A stretch of 63,546 bases of DNA, counting the filler. It is 13 parts of 13 records of this genome, joined end to end, with 100 filler letters (N's around TTAATTAATTAA, not from the genome) between each part and the next. Parts side by side here need not be neighbours in the genome. Positions count along the whole stretch, not along the records: positions 1 to 5,288 come from SRR7504441_7300; positions 5,389 to 11,767 come from SRR7504441_7303; 11 more parts are not named here. One strand, given 5' to 3'. The position numbers and the translations under genes were made by a program. The stretch's first letter is position 1. Each line of letters begins with the position of its first letter. This document shows, piece after piece, positions 1 through 10,375 of this stretch. The notes beneath the pieces were generated by a model, which saw only the letters and a list, made by a program, of their open reading frames with translations, was not told the DNA's origin and made no database searches.

Positions 1-130
1 CTCCCCGCAGGGTTAGGTCCACCATTGATAAGGTCTTGATCATTCTGACACAGTCTGTCCGTTGGGATCAATTGATCACCCTAGCGGCGCTGCGGTCCTG
101 CCGGCCTCACTGCGCAGGAGACGCCGGGAG

Positions 131-1447
131 ATGGCGTCTCCTCCTGCGGTGCGGTGCGCGTTCTGCCACCAACTGCAGGCGGCACTGGACGGGCTAATGG
201 ATAAGCACGTCGAGGCGCTCCGAACAGTCTCCGAGCTGCAGGACGAGAACCAGATGCTTAAGCAGATGGTGGCTCACTTTAAGGCGCACCTGCACCCAGC
301 CATATCCCAGGAGCAGGCGACAGGCCGGCTCGGCCAGTCCCCGCCGCCGCAGCCGCCCCCGCCGCAGCCAGGGCAGCTCGAGCTGCACAACAGGCCCGGC
401 GGACGAGTGCAGCTCGACTACGGGCCCGGATGCGAGCCCGGGTGCGCTGAGGCCGACGCCGACTGGCTGGCCGAGATGACGAAGGCCCCCGAGCCTGATA
501 CGATACGGGCCCACCTGGCGTACATTACGCGAAACCCGCAGCACCCGATAGGGTCGGCGATCCGATCGGCGGTGGGCCGATTCGAGATTCAGCTGGGCGA
601 GAGCCCGGTGGGGGGCTTCAACGCGGTGGCCGCACGGCTGACGGAGTATATAGCCGGGCTGCACCGTCAGATGTGCCGAGTGTTCAGTCCAGTGCTAGAC
701 GCCGAGGAGCGACAGCGCGTCTCTCTAGTCCCAATAGAGGCGGCAGTGCTCTCGCCGCTCGCTGGGCTGTTGCTCGATATGTGCAGAGCCGAGTGCCTGC
801 CGCAGGACCGGGAGTACGCGGCCAGCATCAGCCGGCTGCGTGTGGCCGGGCCGGCTCAGATAGGAGTACCCACCAGGTTCAGCAAAGGACTGAGCCAGAG
901 CCGGCGAGTCGGGCGCGAGGGCGACGTGGCCCGATGCGGGGTGCTGCTCGGGCCGATGAGGGCCCTCCGGAAGGTTTCGAGTGCCGATTCGCCGTTTGAG
1001 AAGGTCTCGATTATAAAAGACGCGTGCCGGTCGATAGCCGAGCAGCTGGCCGCGCCAGGGGTGGTGCTCGGGGCCGACGACATGCTGCCGCTGCTCGTGT
1101 TTTGCTTTGTGCAGGCCGATGTGCCGCAATTGGCCTCAGAGCTGCACTATATGAGCGAGTTATTGATCCAGGACTTGAAGGATGACGAGCTCGGGTATTT
1201 CCTCGCTTGTGGCGCGGCCGCTCTCGGGCGGATTATTGAGCTAGGCCCAAATAGCCCAGAGGTGGCTTTAAACGGATCGACTCCGAGGTCCTCTTCCGAT
1301 CCGGAGTTCAATAAGCTGGAGGAGGCGGTAGCAAAGATGGAGGCACTCGAGGGACAACTAAGTGCAGACACTCACCGCGTAAGCGAGACACGCGAAAGCA
1401 TCCGCGAATCACGCTTTAATAGTTTTAAAAATGAATCATGGAGTTGA
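131..1447 (+). CDS. VPS9-domain protein (Rab5-type GEF) with N-terminal coiled coil
   Basis: VPS9 core motifs SPFEKVSIIKDACRSI, GADDMLPLLVFCFVQA and ELGYFL; first ATG at 131. Confidence 0.8.
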   Translation: MASPPAVRCAFCHQLQAALDGLMDKHVEALRTVSELQDENQMLKQMVAHFKAHLHPAISQEQATGRLGQSPPPQPPPPQPGQLELHNRPGGRVQLDYGPGCEPGCAEADADWLAEMTKAPEPDTIRAHLAYITRNPQHPIGSAIRSAVGRFEIQLGESPVGGFNAVAARLTEYIAGLHRQMCRVFSPVLDAEERQRVSLVPIEAAVLSPLAGLLLDMCRAECLPQDREYAASISRLRVAGPAQIGVPTRFSKGLSQSRRVGREGDVARCGVLLGPMRALRKVSSADSPFEKVSIIKDACRSIAEQLAAPGVVLGADDMLPLLVFCFVQADVPQLASELHYMSELLIQDLKDDELGYFLACGAAALGRIIELGPNSPEVALNGSTPRSSSDPEFNKLEEAVAKMEALEGQLSADTHRVSETRESIRESRFNSFKNESWS

Positions 1448-1476
1448 GTGCTATACATGGTAATATTTTCATAGCA

Positions 1477-2154
1477 TTAGCCCAGGCCGTCTGCGTTCAA
1501 GCCCTTCTTCCACTCGGCATACCGGACCATTTCAACTGAGGCCACACCACCCAGCACGGCTCCGAGCACCGCGGCATCATCTGCCAGGCCGACCACCGGT
1601 ATGGCGTCCGGCACCATGTCGAACGGCGACGCCAGATAGACCAGCGCCGCAGAGACCGCGGCCACGGCTGCCCATCGGGACGGCCTGTACCGGCCGGTGG
1701 CGCTGTCTCTGACCATCCCCACGCACTGGCTCACTCCCTCTCGTAGCCGCACTGGTAGACTGGCCCTCTGTCGCTCGATCGCTTCAGGCTCCGCCAGCCC
1801 AGCCAGCACCCGCCGAGTGGCAGCTCCCTCCACCGTCGCCGCGATCCGACCCGCCGCCAGGCGTTGGGCTGCTAGCCTCCGCCGGACAGCTCCACCTCGC
1901 AGCGCCGCCCTCAGCACAGCGCTGGCGCCTACTGGCCCGCCCCCCGAGGCCATAATGATCTGGCGGAGCGCCCGGTTCGGAATAAGCCCGGTGTGCGCCA
2001 GCGGGAGCCCCGTGGCCGGCGAGAGCCGGCGCTGGGCCAACCAGGCCGAGATGGCGTGGCGCTCGTACGAGAAGCCGTCAGCTGCGATCACTGGGTCCAC
2101 CATCAGCTCCAGAGTGATGGGGCAAGTGCACGCCGCCTCCTCGTCCCCCTCCAT
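1477..2154 (-). CDS. U-box E3 ligase fused to a C-terminal DUF1232 (YkvA-like) membrane domain
   Basis: U-box CPITLELMVDPVIAADGFSYERHAI..W...SPATG..L....LIPNRALR; DUF1232 ALVYLASPFDMVPDAIPVVGLADDAAVL. Confidence 0.8.
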   Translation of the reverse strand: MEGDEEAACTCPITLELMVDPVIAADGFSYERHAISAWLAQRRLSPATGLPLAHTGLIPNRALRQIIMASGGGPVGASAVLRAALRGGAVRRRLAAQRLAAGRIAATVEGAATRRVLAGLAEPEAIERQRASLPVRLREGVSQCVGMVRDSATGRYRPSRWAAVAAVSAALVYLASPFDMVPDAIPVVGLADDAAVLGAVLGGVASVEMVRYAEWKKGLNADGLG

Positions 2155-2300
2155 AGCTACGATAGCTACGAAGAGAGGTGCTCATCACCTCGAAAAAAAG
2201 GAGCCGAAAAAAAGGAGCCTACGAGTACAAGTACTGGAATACCAATTGCTACGGCAGTAGGAATTCCTAGACAATTACATGTACCGTACTTGTTAGATTA

Positions 2301-3671
2301 CTAATGATCACCGCGACGGCCGCGTGCACCGCGTATACGGCCGCGTGCACCGCGTGCACGTTCGGGTGGCGCGCGAGGTTGGTTCGCGTTCAGCCCTGCT
2401 TGGCGTGTAGCTCGCAGTTCAAACCCGCTATACGAAACACAGCTGGCATGCGACCGGCCCGTCAGCAAGTTTGGCCCGTACTCCCACTCGTTCTTCTCGC
2501 AATCGAATATCTCAATTGTCTTGTGCCGCTGGAGCGCGGTGCCGTTCTCTGCATCAAAGCACTGCCCACCGACCACATACACGGCCCCGTTGTGCCAGAC
2601 CGCAGACGCGGCCGACCGAGGCACGTGCATCGGCGCCATCGCGAACCAGCAGTCGGCCTGAGGGTCGAATATCTCAACCGATCTAAAATAGAGATGCTCC
2701 TCATCACCCGTTGGATCGTGTCCGCCCGCCACTAACAGCTTATCTGTGGGCGTGGCAGCCACCGACGGATACGCCCGGGCCTGCTGCATCGGCGGTATCT
2801 CTTGCCAGCAGCCGGCAACGCAGTCCCACCGCTCCACGCTGTTGTGCACTGTATCAAACGACTCTGAGCCTCCGACCACGTACACGCTGTCCCCTAGCAC
2901 GGCGGCAGCGCAGCGGGCTCGCCGGCCACTCAGCTCGGGCCCGGCCTCCCAGTCTCTGCAAACTGGGTCGAACACCTCCACAGACTGCAGCGCGTTCAGG
3001 CAAGGCTTGGTCTGAGAGTAGCCTGCCCCCCCCCCCCTTCGGCCCTGGGCTAGCAGTCATGAGGCACCTCCAATCATCCACAGCTTATTTTGAAACACCA
3101 CGCCAGCTGCGCACCGACCGACCATCATCGGCGGAAGCTGCTCCCACCGGCCGGTCGCGGCCTGGTAGCGCAGCCCATCCGCGAAGATTGCAGCCCCGTC
3201 AGTCCCACCCAGCACGTACAAATCCCCTCCAAACACAAGCCCCACGCCAAGCGAGCGCGGCCGGCCCATCTGAGGGGCAACCCGCCACTGGCCGGCCATG
3301 AGCACCTCGGCGTCGTCCAGCCGCTGGCTGTCGCTCCTGCCGCCGATGCAGACCACCGGCCGGAACCGATCGATCAGACTCTCCACTTCCACTAGCGCGA
3401 CGGTGGCCTCCGGGCAGACCCCGTAGTCATGCCAGCTCAGGTCCGAGTCGAGCACCGACTCGGCGAAGACGAGCACGAGCTGGTCAGCATAGGCCAGCGG
3501 GAGTTGGACCATCGGGGCCAGGCGGTGCTTGAGCTCGCCCACCTTGGCCGAGAGGTGGACCTGCAGATCGAGCGCCTGGCCGGTCGACTCGACCAGCACT
3601 GTGAGCGGCACCTGCTCCTCGCCCGGCTCCAGCACCACGTCGCCCTTTCCTGTCCGCATGCACTGTCCCAT
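2301..3671 (-). CDS. Ubiquitin-like domain + Kelch-repeat protein (intron 3023-3067)
   Basis: UBL-like LTVLVEST..ALDLQVHLSAKVGELKHRL..LVFAESVL...DYGV; six Kelch blades (YVLGG, YVVGG, VE.FDP..W). Removing GT..AG 3023-3067 joins the two ORFs in frame. Confidence 0.8.
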
Positions 3672-3761
3672 TGCTTTCTCAGCTGCCGGCCGTCGTGAGC
3701 TCGAGCGGGGCCGTTGATTCCGGATTGATTCGCAGCGGCCACGCCACGCTGTGCCTCCTCG

Positions 3762-4392
3762 ATGCTGCAGGCGGTTTTGCTCACAGTGCATACTCCAAGG
3801 GGGTGGGGCAGGTGGAATCGCCGCCGGTCGACGCCCGCGACATCGGTCGGAACAACGGCCCAGCTCTGCTCGACTCGCCGCCCTCCAGGCGCCGGCTGGC
3901 TGGCGGGCAGCGACGAGCTGTGGGGGCAGTCCGTCCAGCGGCGGGATCCTTTACAACAAGTGGAAGCAGCGCTGCCTGTTCGGGCTGCTGCACAATGACG
4001 CGAATCTAGTCAAAGAGGGGCTCAGCGTGGAGGCGCTCCCCCCGAATGGGGCGCGGCCAGCGGGGAAGCAGGGGGCCGAAGTGAGCCTTTATCTGGAGCA
4101 GGAGGAGCCGGATATCTGCCTGGACGGGAACAGCAGCAGCAGTCCGACCTCTGGTCGGGTCGGGTTCTTTCCAAAGTACATTCTGACCGAGGGCGCCGGC
4201 CAAACCATGCTGCACTACGCCGCAGCGCATGATTACCCCGAGGTGTGCCAAGTGCTGCTCGATGCAGGCAGCCGAGCGAGCCAGGGCCGGCCTGAGGGCC
4301 GGGCAGGGGCCGAGCCAAGCACCAAGTCCCGGCAGGGCCAGACGGCGGTTGAGGTGGCCCAGGGCGCGTGTGTGTCGCTGTTGAGCAAGTGA
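3762..4392 (+). CDS. Small ankyrin-repeat protein (start uncertain; GC-AG intron 4268-4306)
   Basis: GQTMLHYAAAHDYPEVCQVLLDAG; removing 4268-4306 gives LLDAGAEPSTKSRQGQTAVEVA, a canonical ankyrin junction. Confidence 0.65.
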
Positions 4393-4596
4393 CGAGAATC
4401 TTTGTGAGAGATGTATATTAATGTATTAGACCAGAGCGGCTGCACGGCAGTGGCCATCCACTATGGCAGCTTGCAGCTCCTGATGTAAATTATGACTGAC
4501 AATGTAATAAACATGGACAAATATTGTATTTACCTTTGGAATTGCTCGCCCCCATTCAAATTTAGGGTAGGTTAAACAATTAATACCAGGGCCGGG

Positions 4597-5172
4597 TCAG
4601 CCTGATGTGACGTACAGCGACTCCATCTCGATCCCAATCATGGCGCTGGTCACCGCTTGCACCGTGTACGCCTGCCGTGTGATCCGGCCTTTAGAAAGAA
4701 TCCCGATTGCCCCTTGGTGCATGCCGATCTCAGCGTCGCCCGTCAGACCGGTAGCCACGCAAGCCTGCGAAAGGTCGTCGCCCAGCCGGATCCGCTCGGT
4801 AATCCCGTCGGGTAACCGGAACGAGCAGCTCCAGCCCACTTGATACCTCTCCGGAGCGCCCTCTGCCAGCACCGCCACCGCGCATATGTCATACAAGGAG
4901 CCGTCGACCTCGAACAGCCCGGACTCGATCCCAAAGGCAAGCACCGCCGGCTCGCCCGCCTCGGCGGCCGCCTGCAGCGCCGCGCGAGCCCGGCACTTGG
5001 CGCCGCTCAGAGTCTCGTTCATCGTGAGCGGCTGCTCGCTCACCTCCGAAGCCACCGAGTACCCACGCACCTGCGGGCTCGCGCCGAGCCGGTCGTACGC
5101 TGGATCGCCTGCCAGAGTCTGCTCCACTGCTCCGACCTTGCACGGGTTGCGACTGCCCACGGCGACCATCAT
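4597..5172 (-). CDS. Non-canonical purine NTP phosphatase (YjjX/DUF84 ITPase-XTPase family); may extend upstream
   Basis: VAVGSRNPCKVGAV, SEVSEQP, ETLSGAKCRA, GIESGL and GAIGILSKGRITR match YjjX family motifs. Confidence 0.8.
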   Translation of the reverse strand: MMVAVGSRNPCKVGAVEQTLAGDPAYDRLGASPQVRGYSVASEVSEQPLTMNETLSGAKCRARAALQAAAEAGEPAVLAFGIESGLFEVDGSLYDICAVAVLAEGAPERYQVGWSCSFRLPDGITERIRLGDDLSQACVATGLTGDAEIGMHQGAIGILSKGRITRQAYTVQAVTSAMIGIEMESLYVTSG

Positions 5173-5288
5173 TTTGGTCCCGAGGCCCCGGCCGATCCGT
5201 TAGATCTGCGCTGAGCGGGCTGCAACCCAAGCTGTGCCTGGAGGGGTTTGAGGTGCCGCTGGCTTCGGAGGGCACTGCACCGCCGAGG

Positions 5289-5388
5289 NNNNNNNNNNNN
5301 NNNNNNNNNNNNNNNNNNNNNNNNNNNNNNNNTTAATTAATTAANNNNNNNNNNNNNNNNNNNNNNNNNNNNNNNNNNNNNNNNNNNN
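5289..5388. other. Artificial contig-join spacer. Identical spacers at 11768-11867, 15889-15988, 19177-19276, 22801-22900, 28450-28549, 33121-33220, 37278-37377, 45693-45792, 48920-49019, 54546-54645 and 59811-59910
   Basis: Each is 100 nt with the same all-frame stop linker TTAATTAATTAA between N runs; genes are cut off at these points. Confidence 0.98.
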
Positions 5389-5643
5389 CAGCTGAGGTGG
5401 AGGACGCCAACCGCTTCTACTCAGGCCGAGCCAGGGCGCGGATGGGGGGTGCCAGCTGAGCAGCCGATTCAGATCCACCCATCTTCTGGATTGATTCGTA
5501 AGTTCCGGAAGGCGTGTACTACCTTACCGTGCCGGCAGGAGCAGCTGAAGCAAACCTGCGACATGAGGCTGAAGTCGATGCGCAAGACTTTTGGGCGTTT
5601 GTTTGCGACAACCGGCAGTTCGTGGCACCGGCCGCGGTGCTGA
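5389..5643 (+). CDS. 3' fragment of an unidentified spliced gene
   Basis: Coding-like composition and plausible short introns at the contig start; no recognisable domain. Confidence 0.25.
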   Translation, partial: QLRWRTPTASTQAEPGRGWGVPAEQPIQIHPSSGLIRKFRKACTTLPCRQEQLKQTCDMRLKSMRKTFGRLFATTGSSWHRPRC

Positions 5644-6222
5644 ACACTTGACAAGTCAAAAGTGACTCTTGAATGCAGGCTGTGCCCAAGGAGCTGCCCG
5701 GTGGTTCCCAAGTCGGTGGCTATGGCTTTAGGCCGCCCCCGCACCATAACTTCCGGAGATGCCATGCATGCGAAATCCACGATCACTTCCCGGCGCGTGA
5801 GTTTGGCTTCTTGTGAAGTCCTTACACCGTACATAACTCACTGTTATGAGCACCTTTATTGCATAAATGACAAATTGTACAATAGAAGTACTCGTATCTC
5901 GTTCTCTTTGGCGGTGGACTGAAGTAGATCTATACGAGTACATAGCCGTTGCCCAACGTAAACCAGTGTGTGCGCAGGGATATTATTGGTTATGCGCTCT
6001 CTTTGCTATCAGAAGAGTTCTATCACCAATTTTCGAGGCAAGCTTGTGATAAGCTCAAGTATGTTAATTATTGATCCATTGATCAATCGTGTAGCTACAC
6101 TACGTAATCACTGATGTAATCAGTTATCTACTTGTATTATAATATCGAGGGTTTAACATCGCATTGAAAAACACCTACTAGGTTATCTATCTTAAAGACA
6201 TCACAGCCGTCCCAGCGAGGTC

Positions 6223-7620
6223 CTATTGTTTGCACAGTCCCATGTTGGCCAGCGCGTCTGAACAGCAGCGCGACGGGCAGAGCGGGAAGCTAGGAGATGG
6301 CACGCTACTGCTGCCATTGGCGGTTGCGGTGGCCTCCCACTCAACTCCGGTCTGCTCATCGTGCCCGTGGGCTAAGAAGGCCTCGAAGGCAGCCCATTCT
6401 GTGTCCCCCTCCAACGCCGTGGCAAACCGCTGCAAGATCTTGAGCCCAGCTGCCTGCTGGGTGAGCCGTGGCAGCGAAGTGCAGATGTCGTAGCTACACG
6501 CCCCCTCGACTGGAGTGGCCCAGAAACAGTGGTTGGCCTCCTTAATCACAACGAGTGCCTTCTTCTTGGAGCGCAGTTTGCGAAAGGTATCGATCCCGCG
6601 AAGGGGCATCGTTGGGTCGTTGATACAGTCATTGGCGCCCACGATGACAACTGTAGGCGTGTCCACTTTAGTAGCATCCGCATTTGGATTGCCGTACAAC
6701 CCTGGGGCAAACAGGGCCAAGCCACCAACAGCTCCGCCAATTGCAGGCGCTGCAAGAACAGAGGTGCCGCCGCCCATTGAGTGTCCAGCGAGCAGCGTGC
6801 GACCTGTGAGCCGACCACGCAGAGCCTCGAGCTTTGGCAGCGCTGTCACTAGCACTGCAGCGTCGCGTGCAAGCGGACTCAGCAACGGCGGCTGCACAGC
6901 CGGATCCTCTAGAGTTGTGTCAATGATGGCGACCACGAAATTCTGCCCGTCCACCCCCCCTGCAAGCTGCCTGCAGAGATAATCGTAATCCTCGCCGGCC
7001 ACCCTCCAGCCGTGACTGTAGATGAGCAGCGGTGACTGGAGCTTCTGGTCCGACGGCAGGCATACGGTCGCATTGACCATCCGTGAGGACGAGTCCGGTA
7101 CGCTCACAGTGAGCTTGCTGGGTGGTGGCTGGCCGTTCACGTCGTCCTTCACTCCACCCCCCGAGTAGACGCGGAGCGACTTGATCTTGGCGTCTGGTGT
7201 GAAGGACCACAGGTTGATGTTGTCGAGCACCGTCGGCGTGCCGTCAACCAGCGCGCCCTCGAAGTGCAGCGGGGTCGAGGCGGTCAGACCAGTCGGGTCC
7301 ATCACTACCTGCACCGCGCGTGCCGACCGCCGAGAGAATGCAGGGATCAGCTGGGCGTAGAACTGTTCGAGTGCCGCCCGGCCGGAGACGACCCCGCCCT
7401 GGATCTTCATGGCCGGGAACGGTGGGTAGGTGCCGGTCGCGTCCTCCGCAAAAAGTGCCGCAAGGGCAGTGGCGTTCCCGATGGAGAACAGGTAGAAGTA
7501 GGAGTCGATCAGGTCCCGGTTGCGGGTGGCCAGTGCGCTGTCGGCCGGGCAGGTGCCATCTGCGAGCGCGGTGAGCGCGGCGACCCCCAGCAGCCACCCG
7601 ACCCGAACAGCCCAGCGCAT
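6223..7620 (-). CDS. Secreted SnoaL/NTF2-like domain + alpha/beta hydrolase (chlorophyllase/cutinase-like) fusion
   Basis: Signal peptide MRWAVRVGWLLGVAALTALA; SnoaL-like ALAALFAEDA...GRAALEQFY...FTPDAKIKSLRVY; hydrolase YSHG, nucleophile elbow GHSMGGG, GAND and ANH. Confidence 0.75.
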   Translation of the reverse strand: MRWAVRVGWLLGVAALTALADGTCPADSALATRNRDLIDSYFYLFSIGNATALAALFAEDATGTYPPFPAMKIQGGVVSGRAALEQFYAQLIPAFSRRSARAVQVVMDPTGLTASTPLHFEGALVDGTPTVLDNINLWSFTPDAKIKSLRVYSGGGVKDDVNGQPPPSKLTVSVPDSSSRMVNATVCLPSDQKLQSPLLIYSHGWRVAGEDYDYLCRQLAGGVDGQNFVVAIIDTTLEDPAVQPPLLSPLARDAAVLVTALPKLEALRGRLTGRTLLAGHSMGGGTSVLAAPAIGGAVGGLALFAPGLYGNPNADATKVDTPTVVIVGANDCINDPTMPLRGIDTFRKLRSKKKALVVIKEANHCFWATPVEGACSYDICTSLPRLTQQAAGLKILQRFATALEGDTEWAAFEAFLAHGHDEQTGVEWEATATANGSSSVPSPSFPLCPSRCCSDALANMGLCKQ

Positions 7621-7674
7621 GTCACACCAGCGCTCTGGGCGGCCGGCGGAGCCGTTGCAGGGCCATCCATCCTC

Positions 7675-10174
7675 ATGGTGTCTCATCAGGTTGGATGGAT
7701 TCTGGTGCTCCTCTCACTCTCTGGAGCGGCCGCGTCTGTGGCGCTGACCGCCATCCCGCTGCCCATGTCAGCAGTGAGCCTGTACGGCGACTGGGCCGAG
7801 AGCCAGGCCCGGGACCGCGAGGTGCTGATGGGCATCAATGCCACAGCGCTCACCTGCCACTTCACGAGCACCAGCAACCTCACCAGCTGCTCCCCGGACC
7901 AGGCGGCCTGGCAGACGTACGAGAAGAACGCGACCGGCGGCTGGGGCCCGGTGATGGCCGGCTACCTCCAGCAGGGCAGCGACTGGCAGCCCCCGCAGAA
8001 CGCCAGCTTCGCCAGCTGCCTCGGCCTGTGCGCCACCAATGCTTCCTGCGTGGCCGTGACATTTGAGAGCGACTCGCCGGTGCCCACCGGGGACGTGCTG
8101 TGCTACCGCAAGACGGCGGCGCACTTTACGCCTTACAAAAGCAACTGCGTGGCGGCGGGGGGCACGGGCAAGCCGGTGTGCGCGCCCCTCCCAGGAGAGA
8201 TGGGGCTGGGTGGGTATTTTGGGCACTACCAAGGGCACTGGCTGTCGGCCACAGCGTTTCTGATTGCCAGCACCGGTAACCAGACTATCAAGGACAGGGC
8301 GGATGCGGTGATTCAGACCTACGCCGACGTGATGGAGAGCTGGAAGAGCAAATATGGATATGATGGCTACATGTTCCCGTACGATCCCCTGGTCTTCGAC
8401 AAGCTTTTGGCCGGGCACGGGGCGGGGCCTTACTACACGGTGCCGTTCTACACGCTGCACAAGCTGATGGCTGGATTGCTCGATCAATACGAGCATGCAG
8501 GCTCGTCGCTCGCTTTCGATCTGGTCAAGCGGATGGCTGGCTGGGTGCACACCGTGGTGGAGCGGACGATCGCCACGGGCGGTCAGGATCTGTGGCAGCG
8601 GGTGCTGCTCACCGAATGGGGCGGCATGAACGATGTGCTCTTCAACCTCTACAGCCACACGAATGATCCGATCCACCTCGCCACTGGGCGCAGGTTTAAT
8701 GGCTGGGTGTTCTCGCAGCCTCTGGCCGACGGGGTGGATAACCTCGGCGATCTGCCTTTCCCGCATGCCAATTTCCACCTTCCAGAGGTTGTCGGGTTTG
8801 CTCGAGCGTACGAGCTTTCCGGGAATGAGACCGACAAAGCAATTGCTGATAACTTTTACAACGAAATGTGGGCCAATCACTCTTACTCGACTGGAGGTTC
8901 TAACTCCGGCGAGTGCTGGCAGCGCCCGCGCGACCTGGGCGCCTTTCTGAGCACGCAGACTGAGGAGTCGTGCACACAGTAAGCCGAATTGGGCTGCGTG
9001 GCTCTAACTGAGGGCAGGTACAACATGCTCAAGGTGGCCAGGCGGCTTTTCCAGCGGGCTGCCGACCCCCAGCTCGCCGACTTTTACGAGCGGTGAGGCT
9101 CGGCCAGAGCCTGGACTGAGCCAATGGCCAGTGCGATTTGGAACGGTATCATTGGCAATCAGAACCGACAGGACCCCCACATGACGTCTTACATCTATGT
9201 GAGCTAGCTTTGGGCTAGAGCTTGCTCACATTGCGGCAGATGCTCCCTCTAGGCGGAGTGGTCACCAAGCAGTGGGGCAAGAGCGACTACGGCTTCCCGT
9301 GCTGCTGGGGTGACGCAGCTGGGCAGCATGGGGCGAGCTAGGCTGGGCCAGGCACGCTCTCTGAGAGCTTCGCAAAGCTCGGGGACTCTATCTACTTCAT
9401 TTCACCGGCGCAGGATACGCTATATGTCAACATGTTTGTCTCGTCAGAGGTAATCCCCCAGCCTGCAGCCCGGCTGAGCGGCCACAGGTGGCTATGGAGC
9501 AGCTTGGCGTCGTGGTGCAGCAGCAGGCGGGCTTCCCTGCCTCGCCCAACTCAACCACCGAACTCACAGTGACCGTGCTTCCGACGCCGTCCCCGGCCCC
9601 AGCGCCACCGCGGGCCGTGCAGTTCACAATGGCCATCCGCGTGCCTGGCTGGCTCACTCAAGCCGGATCAGTCCGAGTAAACGGGCAAGAGGCGGGCGGA
9701 GCTCTGAAGGCTGGCTCTTACCTCCAGCTCAACCGGACCTGGCGCCACAACGACAAGGTGACCGTGCACTTTCCGCTCTCGCTCTGGACAGCCCCGCTCA
9801 ACGACTACCACCCGGACTACAACGGCACCATGTCGTTCATGTACGGGCCGCTGGTGCTCGCAGGCGTGGACATGCAGAGCGACATATGGGTGCCGAAAGG
9901 CAATCAGTTCAAGAGCGATCCGAGCAGCTTCATCAGGCGAAATTCGACCAGCGTGCTCGAGTTTGAGGCAACAGCCGCTGATGGCAGCCTGATACGAATG
10001 ATTCCGTTGCGGGATGTGATGGAGGAGCAGTATGTTGCGTATTTCATGACTGCAGGCTCCAAGCCGGCACAGCCGCCGGTTTACTACTGCCCACATAGTC
10101 ACAACGAAGAGGCAAGCGGCCACGGGATGGACTGGCACGTGAAGGACGGAGTGCACGCTTGGAAGCACCACTAG
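7675..10174 (+). CDS. Secreted GH127/GH146-type beta-L-arabinofuranosidase-like glycoside hydrolase, 6 exons (introns 8979-9017, 9093-9131, 9199-9239, 9310-9351, 9450-9487)
   Basis: GHYQGHWLSA, YTLHKLMAGLLD, EWGGMND, HANFHLP and YGPLVLAG; splicing restores ESCTQYNMLK, DFYERAIWNGI and CCWGTLSESFAKLGDSIYF. Confidence 0.9.
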
Positions 10175-10375
10175 TCTCAAGATTGTGTGTATCGCCTTCC
10201 ATAAAAACCATTTTAAGCATAATAGTAGAATTATCGTTTCAGTGCACGAGTTCATCTTTATTCATTCTAATTACAAGACCTATACGTATATAATTATCGG
10301 TGCACGATGTGCGTACGTAGTTGAGTTGCAGCTGTCTCCGCAGCTTTAGGTGCCTCCTCAGCTGCAGCTGTCCCC

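Noticed and set aside
2312-2360. Tandem cggccgcgtgcaccgcgt repeat
   Set aside because: It simply encodes a low-complexity RG-rich C-terminal tail of the Kelch protein.
8979-9487. In-frame stops in conserved genes as stop-codon reassignment or pseudogenisation
   Set aside because: Each break is resolved by a short GT/GC-AG intron, and all three stop codons end conserved proteins.
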